DNA of 64,000 nt from Octopus bimaculoides. Its lineage: Eukaryota. The position numbers and the translations under genes were made by a program. The first letter of the stretch is position 1, and each line of letters opens with the position of its first letter. Positions 41,120 through 53,399 of the stretch are shown in pieces. The notes below the pieces were generated by a model. That model saw only the letters and a program-made list of their open reading frames with translations. It was not told where the DNA came from and ran no database searches. The stretch is from NCBI RefSeq assembly GCF_001194135.2, contig NC_068997.1:54440302-54504301 (forward strand), read 5' to 3'.

Positions 41120-41180
41120 TAAGTGGTGCTCCAACATGACCACATCCGCGTGGTTAAAACAAGTAAAAGAGTAAAAGAGT
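41120..41180 (+). mobile_element. SINE family C extreme 3' end
   Basis: gtggtgctccaacatgacc...aaacaagtaaaagagtaaaagagt tail. Confidence 0.7.
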
Positions 41181-41654
41181 ACACGAAAACTATATCTGTG
41201 CGGTTTTTTTTGGTGGGGGGGTGCATGCTCGTGCAGCCGCACCAATGAGTGCGAGGAAAATTAATTTTTATGTCCACAATTGAATGTTTTGAAATCAATG
41301 TAAAATTGCCAGAGAAGTAACTTGTGGCAGTTGAAAGGTTTTTAAAAGCAGAAATTAAAATGTTATCGTATTATTCCAATTTTTGTACATTTTGCTGGTC
41401 GAATTAGCCATCTTTGAAACATCGCTGCTAGAATGGACTGTTTAGAATGGATTACACAATTCCGAAATACAAACTTCGAAGTGTGCCCGTAGAACATAAC
41501 ACTATCTTTTAATTTTCATGTTTGAAATAAGTTAACATTCACTTTTTAATAGAAATACCATTTCGATTAGTTATTCATCTAGTAAACAGTTAGCCAATTC
41601 CATTAACAATTTTAATAGAATTTTGATAAATGTATATATATATACACATGTATG

Positions 41655-41705
<51 letters not shown>

Positions 41706-41964
41706 ATGTGTGTTTGTTTGGTTGCGCGTGTGTGTGTATGTGTGTGTGTATAATAGGCAGACTAATATATTGAATAATGCTCAGGGCATGACGGACTAAT
41801 GAAAGTGACATCGGTCGTTTTGCTCTGAGCATTTAATATATTATCATTCTGAATCAGTAATAAATTATCTCTCTATCGTAGTAGATACCAGTGATCTCTT
41901 GTGTTTCACTTCTAAATCTGCAATCTGTAATAACTGTATAGATGGATACTTCTATGTGCCTGTG

Positions 41965-42025
<61 letters not shown>

Positions 42026-42814
42026 TACATATAATTGTGCAGTAGTAGTAGTAATAGTCGCTAATGTTATTATGATCATTGTCGCCCAAGCTATATTTGC
42101 CTTAGAGGAGTTGATTGTGTCCAAGGAAGGAGAGGAAGAGCAGGAGCAGGAGGCGGAGGCAGCGGCGGTGGTCGTGGTGGTCATGGTGGTAGTATATTTT
42201 GTTGAATATAGATGGAAATTAATTTAATAATATCGCCATATTTGCTGTGAAATTGTACCTACACTGGCTGCCATCATCATCACCATTACCACCACCACCA
42301 ACAACAACAACTACAATACCAGCACCAAAATCACCACCAACACCAACGCCACCTATCTGTTTATCAGAAGGTGTTGATCTTCGCAACACTGGAGTATTAG
42401 TAATTGTGTGGGCGACGACAACGATGACGACGATGACGACGATGACGATGATGACAATAACGATGCTAATGACAACGTAGCTGTTCTCGTTGATGGAGGT
42501 GAAGGTCCATTAGGGGTTGAACTACTGCTTAATATTTGTCATTGTTGTTTGTATGTGTCTGTATTCTGTGACGGCCCAAGCCAGATGAGGAGGTGGCGCC
42601 ATCATATGGCAAATTTCAAAAACATTTGATATTCTTAGAATACATGCATTAATTTCAACTCTTTTTATTAATAAGTGTTTATTTCCAGATAAACTGAAAT
42701 CTGACGCTTCAAAGAAGACTTCGAAAGTAACTGGTAGTGACTTCTCTTGGAAATCCACTAAATTTGGCATCGTCATGTTATCAAGTATCTGCAGAAAAAT
42801 GGAACGTAAAAACG

Positions 42815-42873
42815 GACGAAGTGTCACTAAACATTTTGCCCGGCTTGTTAACGAATCTGCCAGCTAGCCGCCT
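42815..42873 (-). mobile_element. SINE family B head fragment
   Basis: The reverse complement reads ggcggctagctggcagattcgttaacaagccgggcaaaatg. Confidence 0.7.
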
Positions 42874-44891
42874 TGATCTTCAGACATATATTGACTTTAA
42901 GAAGCTTAAATAAATTTTACAGGACTTAAAGAATTGTGAAATTCAGAGTGCTCGATTAAAGCTTCCGGCGTATGAAGGCATAGAGCTAAATTGTTTACAA
43001 GCACGAAAGACTCAGAATCTCATACTTATAGTTCATAAATTTGTAGATTTCTGTTCTGTTAAGAAATCAATGTGGCATCTTAATTGCCACAGTGAAAATA
43101 ATACCAGTAATATTTCACAGTCAATTTAATAGACGATATTTATTTTCCTTCTTTCTGTCATTTACAAAATTCTATCGTTTGTCTGACAGTAAAAGAGGAG
43201 GAATAATATATTTCCTTGCATTGACTAATTTCCATTGAGCAAGGCGGAAGAGAGAGATCGGTGGTGGTGGTGGTGGTGGTGGTGGTAGAATAACAAATTA
43301 AAGATTGCCATAAGCACATACTTCTGATGAAATAAACTGGTTTTCTGCTGCAGAAGATAAAGGTATCTGATAGTCAGGCGGGTCGCAACACACTGAACTA
43401 CTTCTCTTTTTCGTCTCTTTCCAGACATTTTTTCTCTTCTTATTTTTCTCTCAGCGCGAATTTCTTCTCAACCTTAGTCACCGTTTGTTCCTTAAGGCAA
43501 ATTCATTCAATTAGAAATTACTTGTTTTATAGTGTTCGTAACTTCCTTTTTTAAATAATTTTCTTTTACTTTTTCATTTGTTTTATTTTTATTTTTTTGG
43601 GCCTACTAAAGATAGACGCTAGGTAACAGTTGTGTGAGAAAACGAAATAATTAAATTCCAGAAATTAGATTTCCACAGATTACATTTTCTATAACATCGA
43701 AATTAAAACAAAATTACTTCATAGATGGTTACTGCTGGAAATTCTTAGAATTTTGATATTTTTTGTTTCATTTGTTTAGTTATTCTTCATTGTTATAATA
43801 TTGCTTTTGCTTTGCTTTTTCATTTCGTTATTATTAAAACCAAAGAATATTCGGCAGAAATTGGGGAAAAAAGATATTCACAACAGACGCTGGCTTGCAG
43901 ATTTCATTGAGCGCACCGCATAAGCGAAGTCATTGCAAAATGTAAGATGCTCCCTCTTTCCCCCTCTCTCTATCTCTCTCTCTCTCTCTCTTTATATATA
44001 TATATATANNNNNNNNNNNNNNNNNNNNNNNNNNNNNNNNNNNNNNNNNNNNNNNNNNNNNNNNNNNNNNNNNNNNNNNNNNNNNNNNNNNNNNNNNNNN
44101 NNNNNNNNNNNNNNNNNNNNNNNNNNNNNNNNNNNNNNNNNNNNNNNNNNNNNNNNNNNNNNNNNNNNNNNNNNNNNNNNNNNNNNNNNNNNNNNNNNNN
44201 NNNNNNNNNNNNNNNNNNNNNNNNNNNNNNNNNNNNNNNNNNNNNNNNNNNNNNNNNNNNNNNNNNNNNNNNNNNNNNNNNNNNNNNNNNNNNNNNNNNN
44301 NNNNNNNNNNNNNNNNNNNNNNNNNNNNNNNNNNNNNNNNNNNNNNNNNNNNNNNNNNNNNNNNNNNNNNNNNNNNNNNNNNNNNNNNNNNNNNNNNNNN
44401 NNNNNNNNNNNNNNNNNNNNNNNNNNNNNNNNNNNNNNNNNNNNNNNNNNNNNNNNNNNNNNNNNNNNNNNNNNNNNNNNNNNNNNNNNNNNNNNNNNNN
44501 NNNNNNNNNNNNNNNNNNNNNNNNNNNNNNNNNNNNNNNNNNNNNNNNNNNNNNNNNNNNNNNNNNNNNNNNNNNNNNNNNNNNNNNNNNNNNNNNNNNN
44601 NNNNNNNNNNNNNNNNNNNNNNNNNNNNNNNNNNNNNNNNNNNNNNNNNNNNNNNNNNNNNNNNNNNNNNNNNNNNNNNNNNNNNNNNNNNNNNNNNNNN
44701 NNNNNNNNNNNNNNNNNNNNNNNNNNNNNNNNNNNNNNNNNNNNNNNNNNNNNNNNNNNNNNNNNNNNNNNNNNNNNNNNNNNNNNNNNNNNNNNNNNNN
44801 NNNNNNNNNNNNNNNNNNNNNNNNNNNNNNNNNNNNNNNNNNNNNNNNNNNNNNNNNNNNNNNNNNNNNNNNNNNNNNNNNNNNNNNNNNN

Positions 44892-44930
<39 letters not shown>

Positions 44931-44934
44931 ACAA

Positions 44935-45300
44935 TAAGCACATAAAAACGAAGCAAGGTAGAAAAAAATAGTACTCGAATACGAGAGGTAGAGTAATGTG
45001 CTTTATTAAAAAGCAGCAAAAATATCACAAAGATTGTTACTCAGAGTTTCACATTCCCGTTTGTCGGACAGTTTTGTTTAGAATGGAATAACATAAAATT
45101 GTATGCAGAAATACAATTACTTTGATAGATGCACATTTAAAAATGGTTTTGTTTCATTGGTCCTTTCAACTTTACAATAACCGGTTGCATGAAATAATAA
45201 TTACGGTTTAAAATCATATTATTATAAAAATCGAAGAAGTCCTTAAATCAAAGACAGTTTATGCAGAAGAGAAACTCCTGAATACCCAGAGTAAATAATT
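44935..45300 (-). mobile_element. Penelope-like or non-autonomous repeat carrying a hammerhead-like motif
   Basis: The assignment is inferred from the embedded minimal type I HHR topology. No PLE coding sequence was seen. Confidence 0.45.
45033..45072 (-). ncRNA. Variant, decayed minimal type I hammerhead ribozyme-like motif
   Basis: actgt-CCGACAA-acg(ggaa)tgt-GAAA-ctc(t)gag-TA-acaat: helices I, II and III in correct order and spacing. The core deviates from CUGANGA at positions 4 and 8. Confidence 0.55.
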
Positions 45301-46789
45301 AGCTGTAAAAATAATTGTAAGCATCAGGCCATGCATTCTACATTTATTGACGAATGATCGAAATTTTAGGACTTACACATTCTTCTCGGAAACATTAGGA
45401 ATATCTGTAGAACTAGCTACTCCTTAGAATAGAACCCAGATCGAGATATTGTGAAGACAGCACCACGGCACTTGCTAAATATTGTATCTTAGGCAGCGGT
45501 GACTGTCAATATATTTATTCAATGAGTCAAGAGGTAGTAAACGTAAAGATCTTTGTATAATTTTCCAGTTTTATAAATAGTATATGTTAAGGTTAAGTTG
45601 AATTTATTCTGAAGCTTTAGAATCGAAGCGGATATTGCAGTGTTGCCAGATTTTTAATTTAGGAAGAAACAGCAAAGATGACCGCATGTCTATTTATAGA
45701 TATGGGTGTTGTAGGTTGTTGGATTTTTTTTTTTTTTCACGGATATTAAATCATTCAGGCACTTAGAATTACGGGTGGTTTAATTGCTGGCGCACTTGTT
45801 GTTGTTGCTGTGCTTCGGGTTCTAAACTGCTCTAAGAGGTTCTTACTCACATTCTTAACCTTCTTAAGTTGTGACGTAAAACTCTAACTCGAAATTCCAC
45901 TAGACATATTACTATCAAAGCACCGCCCAATCTACTCTCTTTTATAATTTCTGATGCTGAAGTGTTTAATCTTAGAAATGTTTCCAGAATTTATTTTATG
46001 GCATAATAAGCGGGAAAACCAGACTGTGGAGTAGATATTTAATGAATGAAATATAAGTGAACCTAAATTTAGCCCGACGCTTCTCTGTCTATTACGTAAC
46101 CTACTTTTCCCCAATACTTCTATTTGATATATTTAACATTTGCTTTCAAACTAGATTCCTTCGTCGTCTAAAAACAGATAAACCAATGGTTCTAAATCAG
46201 TAATTCTCGGCATTTTTTAATATCCAGCCACGTCCCAAACCTGGATGTTTCTAAGGAGGCAGTGGAACCGCACCATAAAATGTAAAACACATTATATATT
46301 TATGGAAAGAAGACCGTCAAAGGCAACTTGAAGAATGGTTACTGAGTTCAGAGTGTGGTCAGGAAACATCAAAGTTTTGAGGATAAGTTGGACGGGTGCT
46401 GGTCCACTCAGACATGAGTTTAAGACTTCAACTCCTGCATATGGGTTGATTCAAGGACCTATTGCAGAAATTAGTGAGTCAGAGGTATTGCACGAATATA
46501 ATAGCATACAAGAAAATTGCTGTAAAGCTGCGTGATAGTGGTGTCAGGCGTGGAATGCAGGCCATCATATAACTTGTTTTATTCTGCTTTTCCGTTTTAT
46601 TTTGACGTGAGCATTGCGTTTTGTTCTTCTCTTCCGTTTACGAATTCAGTGTGCACATGTGCGTTGCGTTTTCATACTTCCCTTTCCGGTTCCTACTCAA
46701 AACTATTAACAGATCGCAACCACTTTACGAACCTGCGTCCGTGAAGACCGTTTCGTGCTCTAAAGGTTGTGAAATGATTTGTTCTGACT

Positions 46790-47095
46790 CTCCGTCGGTT
46801 ACGACTGCTAGTGTTCCAGTTGATCCGATGAATGGAACAGACTGCTCATGAAATTAATATGCAAGTGGCTGAGCACTCCACAGACACATATGACCTTAAG
46901 GTAGTTCTCAGAGAGATTCAGCGTGACACAGAATGTGACAAGGCTGGCCCTTTTGTAATTACTGGTACAACTCATTTTTGCCAGCTGAGTGGACTGGAGC
47001 AACGCGAAATAAAATGTCTTCCTCAAGGAAACAGCACACCGCTGAGAATAGAACTCACGACCATACGATCGTGAGTCGAATACTGTGGCCCCTAA
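46790..47095 (-). mobile_element. tRNA-derived SINE family D copy
   Basis: The reverse complement gives gactcacgatcgtatggtcgtgagttctattc...gttgctccagtccactcagctggcaaaaatgag...ggccagccttgtcac. Confidence 0.8.
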
Positions 47096-48809
47096 TCCAC
47101 GCGATATATACCTAAATTATCGATTGACCCACCGTGTCTGTCTTGTACAAGTTGGTGAAATATATGATGGTTGTTTTCGTGTTTGTCAAACCTTCTAGCT
47201 ATACTTCGAGTTATACCATCAATGTAACATATGAGAATACAACTCTAAGTGACATTGGGTCTCTCTCTTTCTGGTCAATAAATATGTTTGTTAAATCATG
47301 CATATCGTAACTATATATGGCAACATCGTGATTCTATGAAACAAAAATGAAAGAATTACGAATGATAGCTATGATGGAACTGCCTGTTTTTCTCTTCGGA
47401 ACTTTAAAATTGATATTAGTTTCCTCAACGATGCCTTTCATCCCTGCTACCATTTCAATATTGAGAGTGTTCTTCGCAAACATCACATGATCAAATTTAG
47501 TGTTAGTGTATGTACAATTATTTGTGTTTTGTTCTTTAGTAATATTATTCCAACAAATGTTAGAATACCGACGGCTTACTCTATCAGCATCATTTTTCTT
47601 TTTTTTTTTTCCGAGTTTCAAAACCGTTTCTTTGTTCCTTTATAAATGATTAAATCTTATGTATAAGCAGATATTCACAAACAGAAGATAAACTGGTGGA
47701 TGTGATCATGCAGGTCACATCTCCGTCAACGACTTCCGTTAATCCCAGAACATAGCTTCTCATATCTCTACCAATTCTCTATATTATAACAATACTAACT
47801 CTTCATGCTTTGCAATACTCTCATCCTCCTGTTGGATTGTTGGCACAATACTGAGTCGGAGAATATTTCAAATAATGACCGCTTTTTCTTCGTTTACGTC
47901 TGAGCGAAGACTTCAGCTCACTTTGAACTTTGAGTAAATGCCTAAAGGAAACTCTCTCAATGTTGTACTCTACGACATGTGTTGGTATATCATTAATCAC
48001 GACGCTTTAAGTCCCTACTGAAGTGGATTTCTGTAGTATAGGAATGTTCTGAGTGAAGAATTTTGTCTATTCCACAAGAATATGGTAGTTATGCAAACAG
48101 ACTGATGTTCATTACCACAATCCGACCTTTCATTAACAGCTTTAGTTTGGCTTATTTATTGATCATCTTAATCGCCACCTCGTGCTCGTTTCTAGTCTTG
48201 TTGTCACTGCTTTTTGCTCTTTTTGTTGTTGTTGATGCTTATGATGAAGATGATGACGACGATGACGACGATGATGATTGTGATGATGATGATGACTGTG
48301 ATTCTTGTTTACACACAAAGCTTTCCTGCCGATGTTTTATCGTCACAAATAAAACAGTTTCGACACTCGGATATTCTCGGATATTCTCAGATATTTTCGT
48401 CTCCTTGGAAAGCAGACGACTTTAGATCATTCTGTGTATCCTCGACATCATCATTATTGAATAATATCTCACTTCTCTCCACTCTTCACAATTGTCAAGA
48501 CATAAATCATCACTGGCTTTTTTCAGATTCCAGTTGTTTTGTTTTTAAAATTTTTTCATGAACAAAACATATCACGACCCCCTCCAGACGCACTTGTATT
48601 CATCTGGCACACGACGAATCTCTTTTCATTACAATATGGCATTATGAAGTATTTTCCTAACATCCGGGTCGTCGAGGCATTTACTCCCCCGCCCAAACCC
48701 CATCTAGATAGAAATCATTTTTCTCCACTTATCTGCATTTTTATTTCTTCATCTACATTACATTTTTTCTGTGTATTTTATTGCCTCTTCGTCGAATTTT
48801 CTGTTTTCT

Positions 48810-48882
<73 letters not shown>

Positions 48883-49934
48883 TTTCTCCTGTTTCTTCAC
48901 AGATATTCACAGTTGATTGGTCCACCTCCTTTTCCGTTTTCTCTGCTATTTAACGGAAGTTTAAGAGACATTCTCTCCTTGATAAATTGCACACAGATTT
49001 TCTTTTTTTTCCTTCCGTCGTCGCTGATTAGCTTTTTCCCGTTATTGCAGCCGCTTCTAATGTACCTGCTGCTTCTTCTATTTCTATTGCAGTTGCAAAA
49101 CAAACTTAGCAGTTTTCTACAGTAAATCTTTCACACGTTTGCTTTACCACGGTCACTGCCACCAGTACCGTTGCTGCTAAAACATTCTTTATTGTTACTG
49201 TTGTTGTTGTCCTCGTCTACACCTCTGCCACTGTCACCGCCACCATAACATTCTATTGACGATGTTGCTTCTGTAGTTGATGCTAATGATGGCCACGGCG
49301 ATATCCATATTGCAGTTGACAACTGGAGATATGCAATTATCTCTGCCGTTATTGATACCTTTGTTGTATTGCTGCCGTCTACTAAGTTCCTATCAACGCT
49401 ATTGTATTCAGAACTGATGTCGTTATTGGCGATATTGATGGTATTGTTGTTGTTGTTCTTGTAGTTGTCGATGTAGTATTTTGGTGAAATATTGTAGTTA
49501 TAGTTGTTAAATGTACTGTTATTACTGCCATTGTTAAAATCTCGTTTCTTCCTTTTCTGTAAAAGATAGACTTTGATAGATATAGGTTTCCATTACTTCT
49601 ATCACAGCTTCTTCCCCTCGGAAACAGCCAAGCCATACGCAAAAGAATAGTTTGAATTCTATGTGGTCAATCGAAATGCTTGAAGTAACAGACATTAAAT
49701 CTCCTTCACACCTCATCCTTCCGTCTTAAAAAGTACAGTTTGGATAAAGAAGCAATGTTCACTGCTTGAATTCTAAGCATGTATGTATGTATGTATGTAT
49801 GTATGTATGTATGCATGTATGTATATATCTATGTATGTATGTATGTATGTATGTACGTATGTATGTATGTTTCTGCTGTATTTGAACAAAGATACAAAGC
49901 TCCGTGTTTGGAATGTAGATAACGAAAACAATGT

Positions 49935-50250
49935 CACTCTTTAAACCTGAGAAAAGTCTTGCATAGTTTTATTGTTCCGCTTACAGATTGTATTTGTAAT
50001 GTGCGAATCAGTTGGTTGATTTATTTTTCTGGAAATCCAAGCTTATCCAGACTAAAAGTTAAGCATTTACTTACATTGGTATAAATGTAAATTTGTAATC
50101 CGGATATAGAATCTGGAGGTTTCGAACCAGTGTCCCATAGTTGTCTTCATTCGCCCTGATTTTCAGATATTAGGTATTTAATAGTAATCTCTTGTTCTTG
50201 GATTGTAAATACATAGCCATCGGAGTGTGATGTGATGTAGCCGTCACAAG
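49935..50250 (-). mobile_element. Decayed R2-superfamily (REL endonuclease) retrotransposon C-terminus, clade uncertain
   Basis: EDNYGTLVRNLQILYPDYKFTFIP...LGFPEK*INQLIRTLQIQSVSGTIKLCKTFLRF resembles REL C-terminal ends. In-frame stops are present. Confidence 0.6.
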
Positions 50251-51054
50251 TCCAATGTTACTATCTTCTTCAAGTCTACGAGAAAAATACCCAACCCATG
50301 CATGGTCTTTTTTCGTTATGCTGAGCGTTTCAATCCCAGGTCTTTTATGAGGTATGCTTGTGCAGACTATTTGGGGTTGTATGAGAGGCCATCAAGAAGA
50401 GAGCACTTTCTGAGGAAAACTCTTCCCGTAGGATATTGTTTTCTTCACTTTTCAGCACTAACTTATTCATTTTCATTTATTTTTTCAGCTGTTATTAAGC
50501 AAAATGCTATCTGAGGAAGACTATGCGGCATTCCATATCTGTCTGCACCGACCTTGTGTCTCCACTTCCTTCATTTTTTCTTAGGTAGAGGCTAAGGATA
50601 TCACTATTCTTGTCAGTATCTTATATATATATATATATATATATGGAGAGAGAGACGTTTGTGTGTCACCTACCAATACTTGAAAACTTCTTTTGCTTCG
50701 TTTAATCCCTGTAACCTTACAGTTCAGCTAAAGAAACCGATATAGGACAAGTGCCAATAAGTCTGCTCGACGAGGCTTGTCCTGTGGCTAAACAACAACG
50801 ACAGCAATAGTGGTTTTCCATCTCTGAGTGGTGTTGGATGAAGTAAAAACTATTAGATTTAATGTGTTCCTGTTGAAATAAAACATTACTGGAAAGGCGA
50901 TAGGCAAATGATTATAAAGCTTTCACAATTTTGTCCGACAAAAGTAAAGCAGAGCACTATAATTACCAAGAATTTTGGCTATAACTGAATTTATGAGCAC
51001 ATTCAAGAAGACAATTGCTGCAGATAATAACAGCTTCTGATTTAGGAACAAGGT

Positions 51055-51165
51055 GGAAGCGTAGCTTTGTGGTAAGAAGTTTGCTTCCCAGCCGCATACT
51101 TCCGAGTTCAGTCTCAATGAGTGACACCTTGGATAAGTGTCCTTCACTATAGCCCCGGGTCCACC
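51055..51165 (+). mobile_element. SINE family A copy
   Basis: gtagctttgtggtaagaagtttgcttccc...gagttcagtctc...gacaccttggataagtgtccttcactatagcc. Confidence 0.8.
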
Positions 51166-51282
51166 AAGTATGTGTGCGTATATATATATATATATATATG
51201 AATAAGGTTACATATATTCGCCTTCATAGATCGCTAGCCACTACACATTATTTATTCTCTCTCCCTGTTTCTTTCTGTGTTC

Positions 51283-51318
51283 CTTTCTGTCGAAGAGCAT
51301 AGGCTCGAAACGTAAAAG
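51283..51318 (+). ncRNA. Variant minimal type I hammerhead ribozyme-like motif
   Basis: cttt-CTGTCGA(A)-gagc(atag)gctc-GAAA-cg-TA-aaag, with palindromic ACGT as helix III. The core has A6U and an extra A. Confidence 0.5.
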
Positions 51319-52242
51319 ATTTTCTCACTTCCCGAGCGTTAAATTAATACATCTGTTTGTTGTTTACACACCCGTCTTCGTCTTTTTGTTTTTAGTAAAT
51401 TCTCGCTCTATATATGTATNNNNNNNNNNNNNNNNNNNNNNNNNNNNNNNNNNNNNNNNNNNNNNNNNNNNNNNNNNNNNNNNNNNNNNNNNNNNNNNNN
51501 NNNNNNNNNNNNNNNNNNNNNNNNNNNNNNNNNNNNNNNNNNNNNNNNNNNNNNNNNNNNNNNNNNNNNNNNNNNNNNNNNNNNNNNNNNNNNNNNNNNN
51601 NNNNNNNNNNNNNNNNNNNNNNNNNNNNNNNNNNNNNNNNNNNNNNNNNNNNNNNNNNNNNNNNNNNNNNNNNNNNNNNNNNNNNNNNNNNNNNNNNNNN
51701 NNNNNNNNNNNNNNNNNNNNNNNNNNNNNNNNNNNNNNNNNNNNNNNNNNNNNNNNNNNNNNNNNNNNNNNNNNNNNNNNNNNNNNNNNNNNNNNNNNNN
51801 NNNNNNNNNNNNNNNNNNNNNNNNNNNNNNNNNNNNNNNNNNNNNNNNNNNNNNNNNNNNNNNNNNNNNNNNNNNNNNNNNNNNNNNNNNNNNNNNNNNN
51901 NNNNNNNNNNNNNNNNNNNNNNNNNNNNNNNNNNNNNNNNNNNNNNNNNNNNNNNNNNNNNNNNNNNNNNNNNNNNNNNNNNNNNNNNNNNNNNNNNNNN
52001 NNNNNNNNNNNNNNNNNNNNNNNNNNNNNNNNNNNNNNNNNNNNNNNNNNNNNNNNNNNNNNNNNNNNNNNNNNNNNNNNNNNNNNNNNNNNNNNNNNNN
52101 NNNNNNNNNNNNNNNNNNNNNNNNNNNNNNNNNNNNNNNNNNNNNNNNNNNNNNNNNNNNNNNNNNNNNNNNNNNNNNNNNNNNNNNNNNNNNNNNNNNN
52201 NNNNNNNNNNNNNNNNNNNNNNNNNNNNNNNNNNNNNNNNNN

Positions 52243-52365
52243 TTAAGAAGACTAAGAGTAAAAGATGTTTTATATGACACATTCTACCGGTGTCACAAGT
52301 TTCAAAGTGTTTCGTTAGTGTTTCGTTAAGAAAATACTGGCGCCCCCGTTTTAAAATAGATCCTA
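52243..52365 (+). repeat. About 120-bp repeat, copy 1 (probably a DNA-transposon or MITE end)
   Basis: About 85-90% identical (by eye) to 54161-54272. Confidence 0.8.
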
Positions 52366-53058
52366 TAGCTGCCCTAATAAAATGCTAAGATTATGTAGAA
52401 GATGTTTCAGCTTGAACGTATGTTTGGCAAGACCTGACGGAAAAAAATGTAGGCGGAATGCAAAACGAGGACTTTTCCGAATAAATTGAAAACACACCTT
52501 TTTTCTGAACTCCGAGTAAACTTCGCTAAAGTCACCCCGGCACCCAGCTGCGTTGCTTAATATGGCGGTAGCTTAAGCCTAGCACACAATTACGTCACAA
52601 ACGAATGTTTTGCTTTTGCTGTCATTCTTTTCATTTCTGCCATTCATTTTGCTGTGTTTTTAAGCCAGTTTCACCAATCAATGATGTCGGTGCAGTTATT
52701 ATCACAAAAGCTATTATCGATTTTGTTCTTAATATTGTCAATAGTGTTTGTGGAATTGTTGTTGTCGTTTTTGCTGTTAATTTTAAAATTATTGGTATTT
52801 GGGCAATTGTTCATAATACTCATAAATATTCGTATTTTCTTTCCGCTCCGCTGAAGATAGAAGAAGCCACCTGCCATCATCATCGCAGCCAGAGTGAAAC
52901 GAAGAACTGCAATGAAGCCAAAGACAATGGCTATTAACAGAATAGGTTGTTTTTTCCCCCCTAAATGGGGAAGACATATTAAGCTCCCTTTTTCTTGTTA
53001 TACATTATAATAATAACCACAGCAACAATAACAGCAGCAACAACCACTATAATACTGA

Positions 53059-53113
<55 letters not shown>

Positions 53114-53160
53114 CGTGGTGGTGGTGGTGGTGGTGGTGGTCACTCAAAAACAACAACATC

Positions 53161-53196
<36 letters not shown>

Positions 53197-53267
53197 CTTA
53201 TAATCTTATAAAGGCTGTTAGTAGGATTGTGTTGGAAAGGGTGCAATCGAGAACTACTGAGAATAGA

Positions 53268-53327
53268 AGAAGGCACACAGAGCTGCGCTCAGTAGTGCAG
53301 TAAAAGCGCTTGATAAAAATAAGACTA

Positions 53328-53331
<4 letters not shown>
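53268..53331 (+). mobile_element. Probable extreme 3' end of an R4/Dong-like element, followed by (AAT)n
   Basis: aggcacacagagctgcgctc...actactg runs directly into (AAT)n. It is weakly similar to the 3' UTR of the 6.6 kb copy (gggcacgtaaacctgc). The family assignment relies partly on recall. Confidence 0.4.

Positions 53332-53397
<66 letters not shown>

Positions 53398-53399
<2 letters not shown>

Noticed and set aside
42522-42827. 101-aa minus-strand ORF with a strong-looking acceptor
   Set aside because: The acceptor derives from a SINE-B head fragment, there is no good donor, and the opposite strand is equally open.
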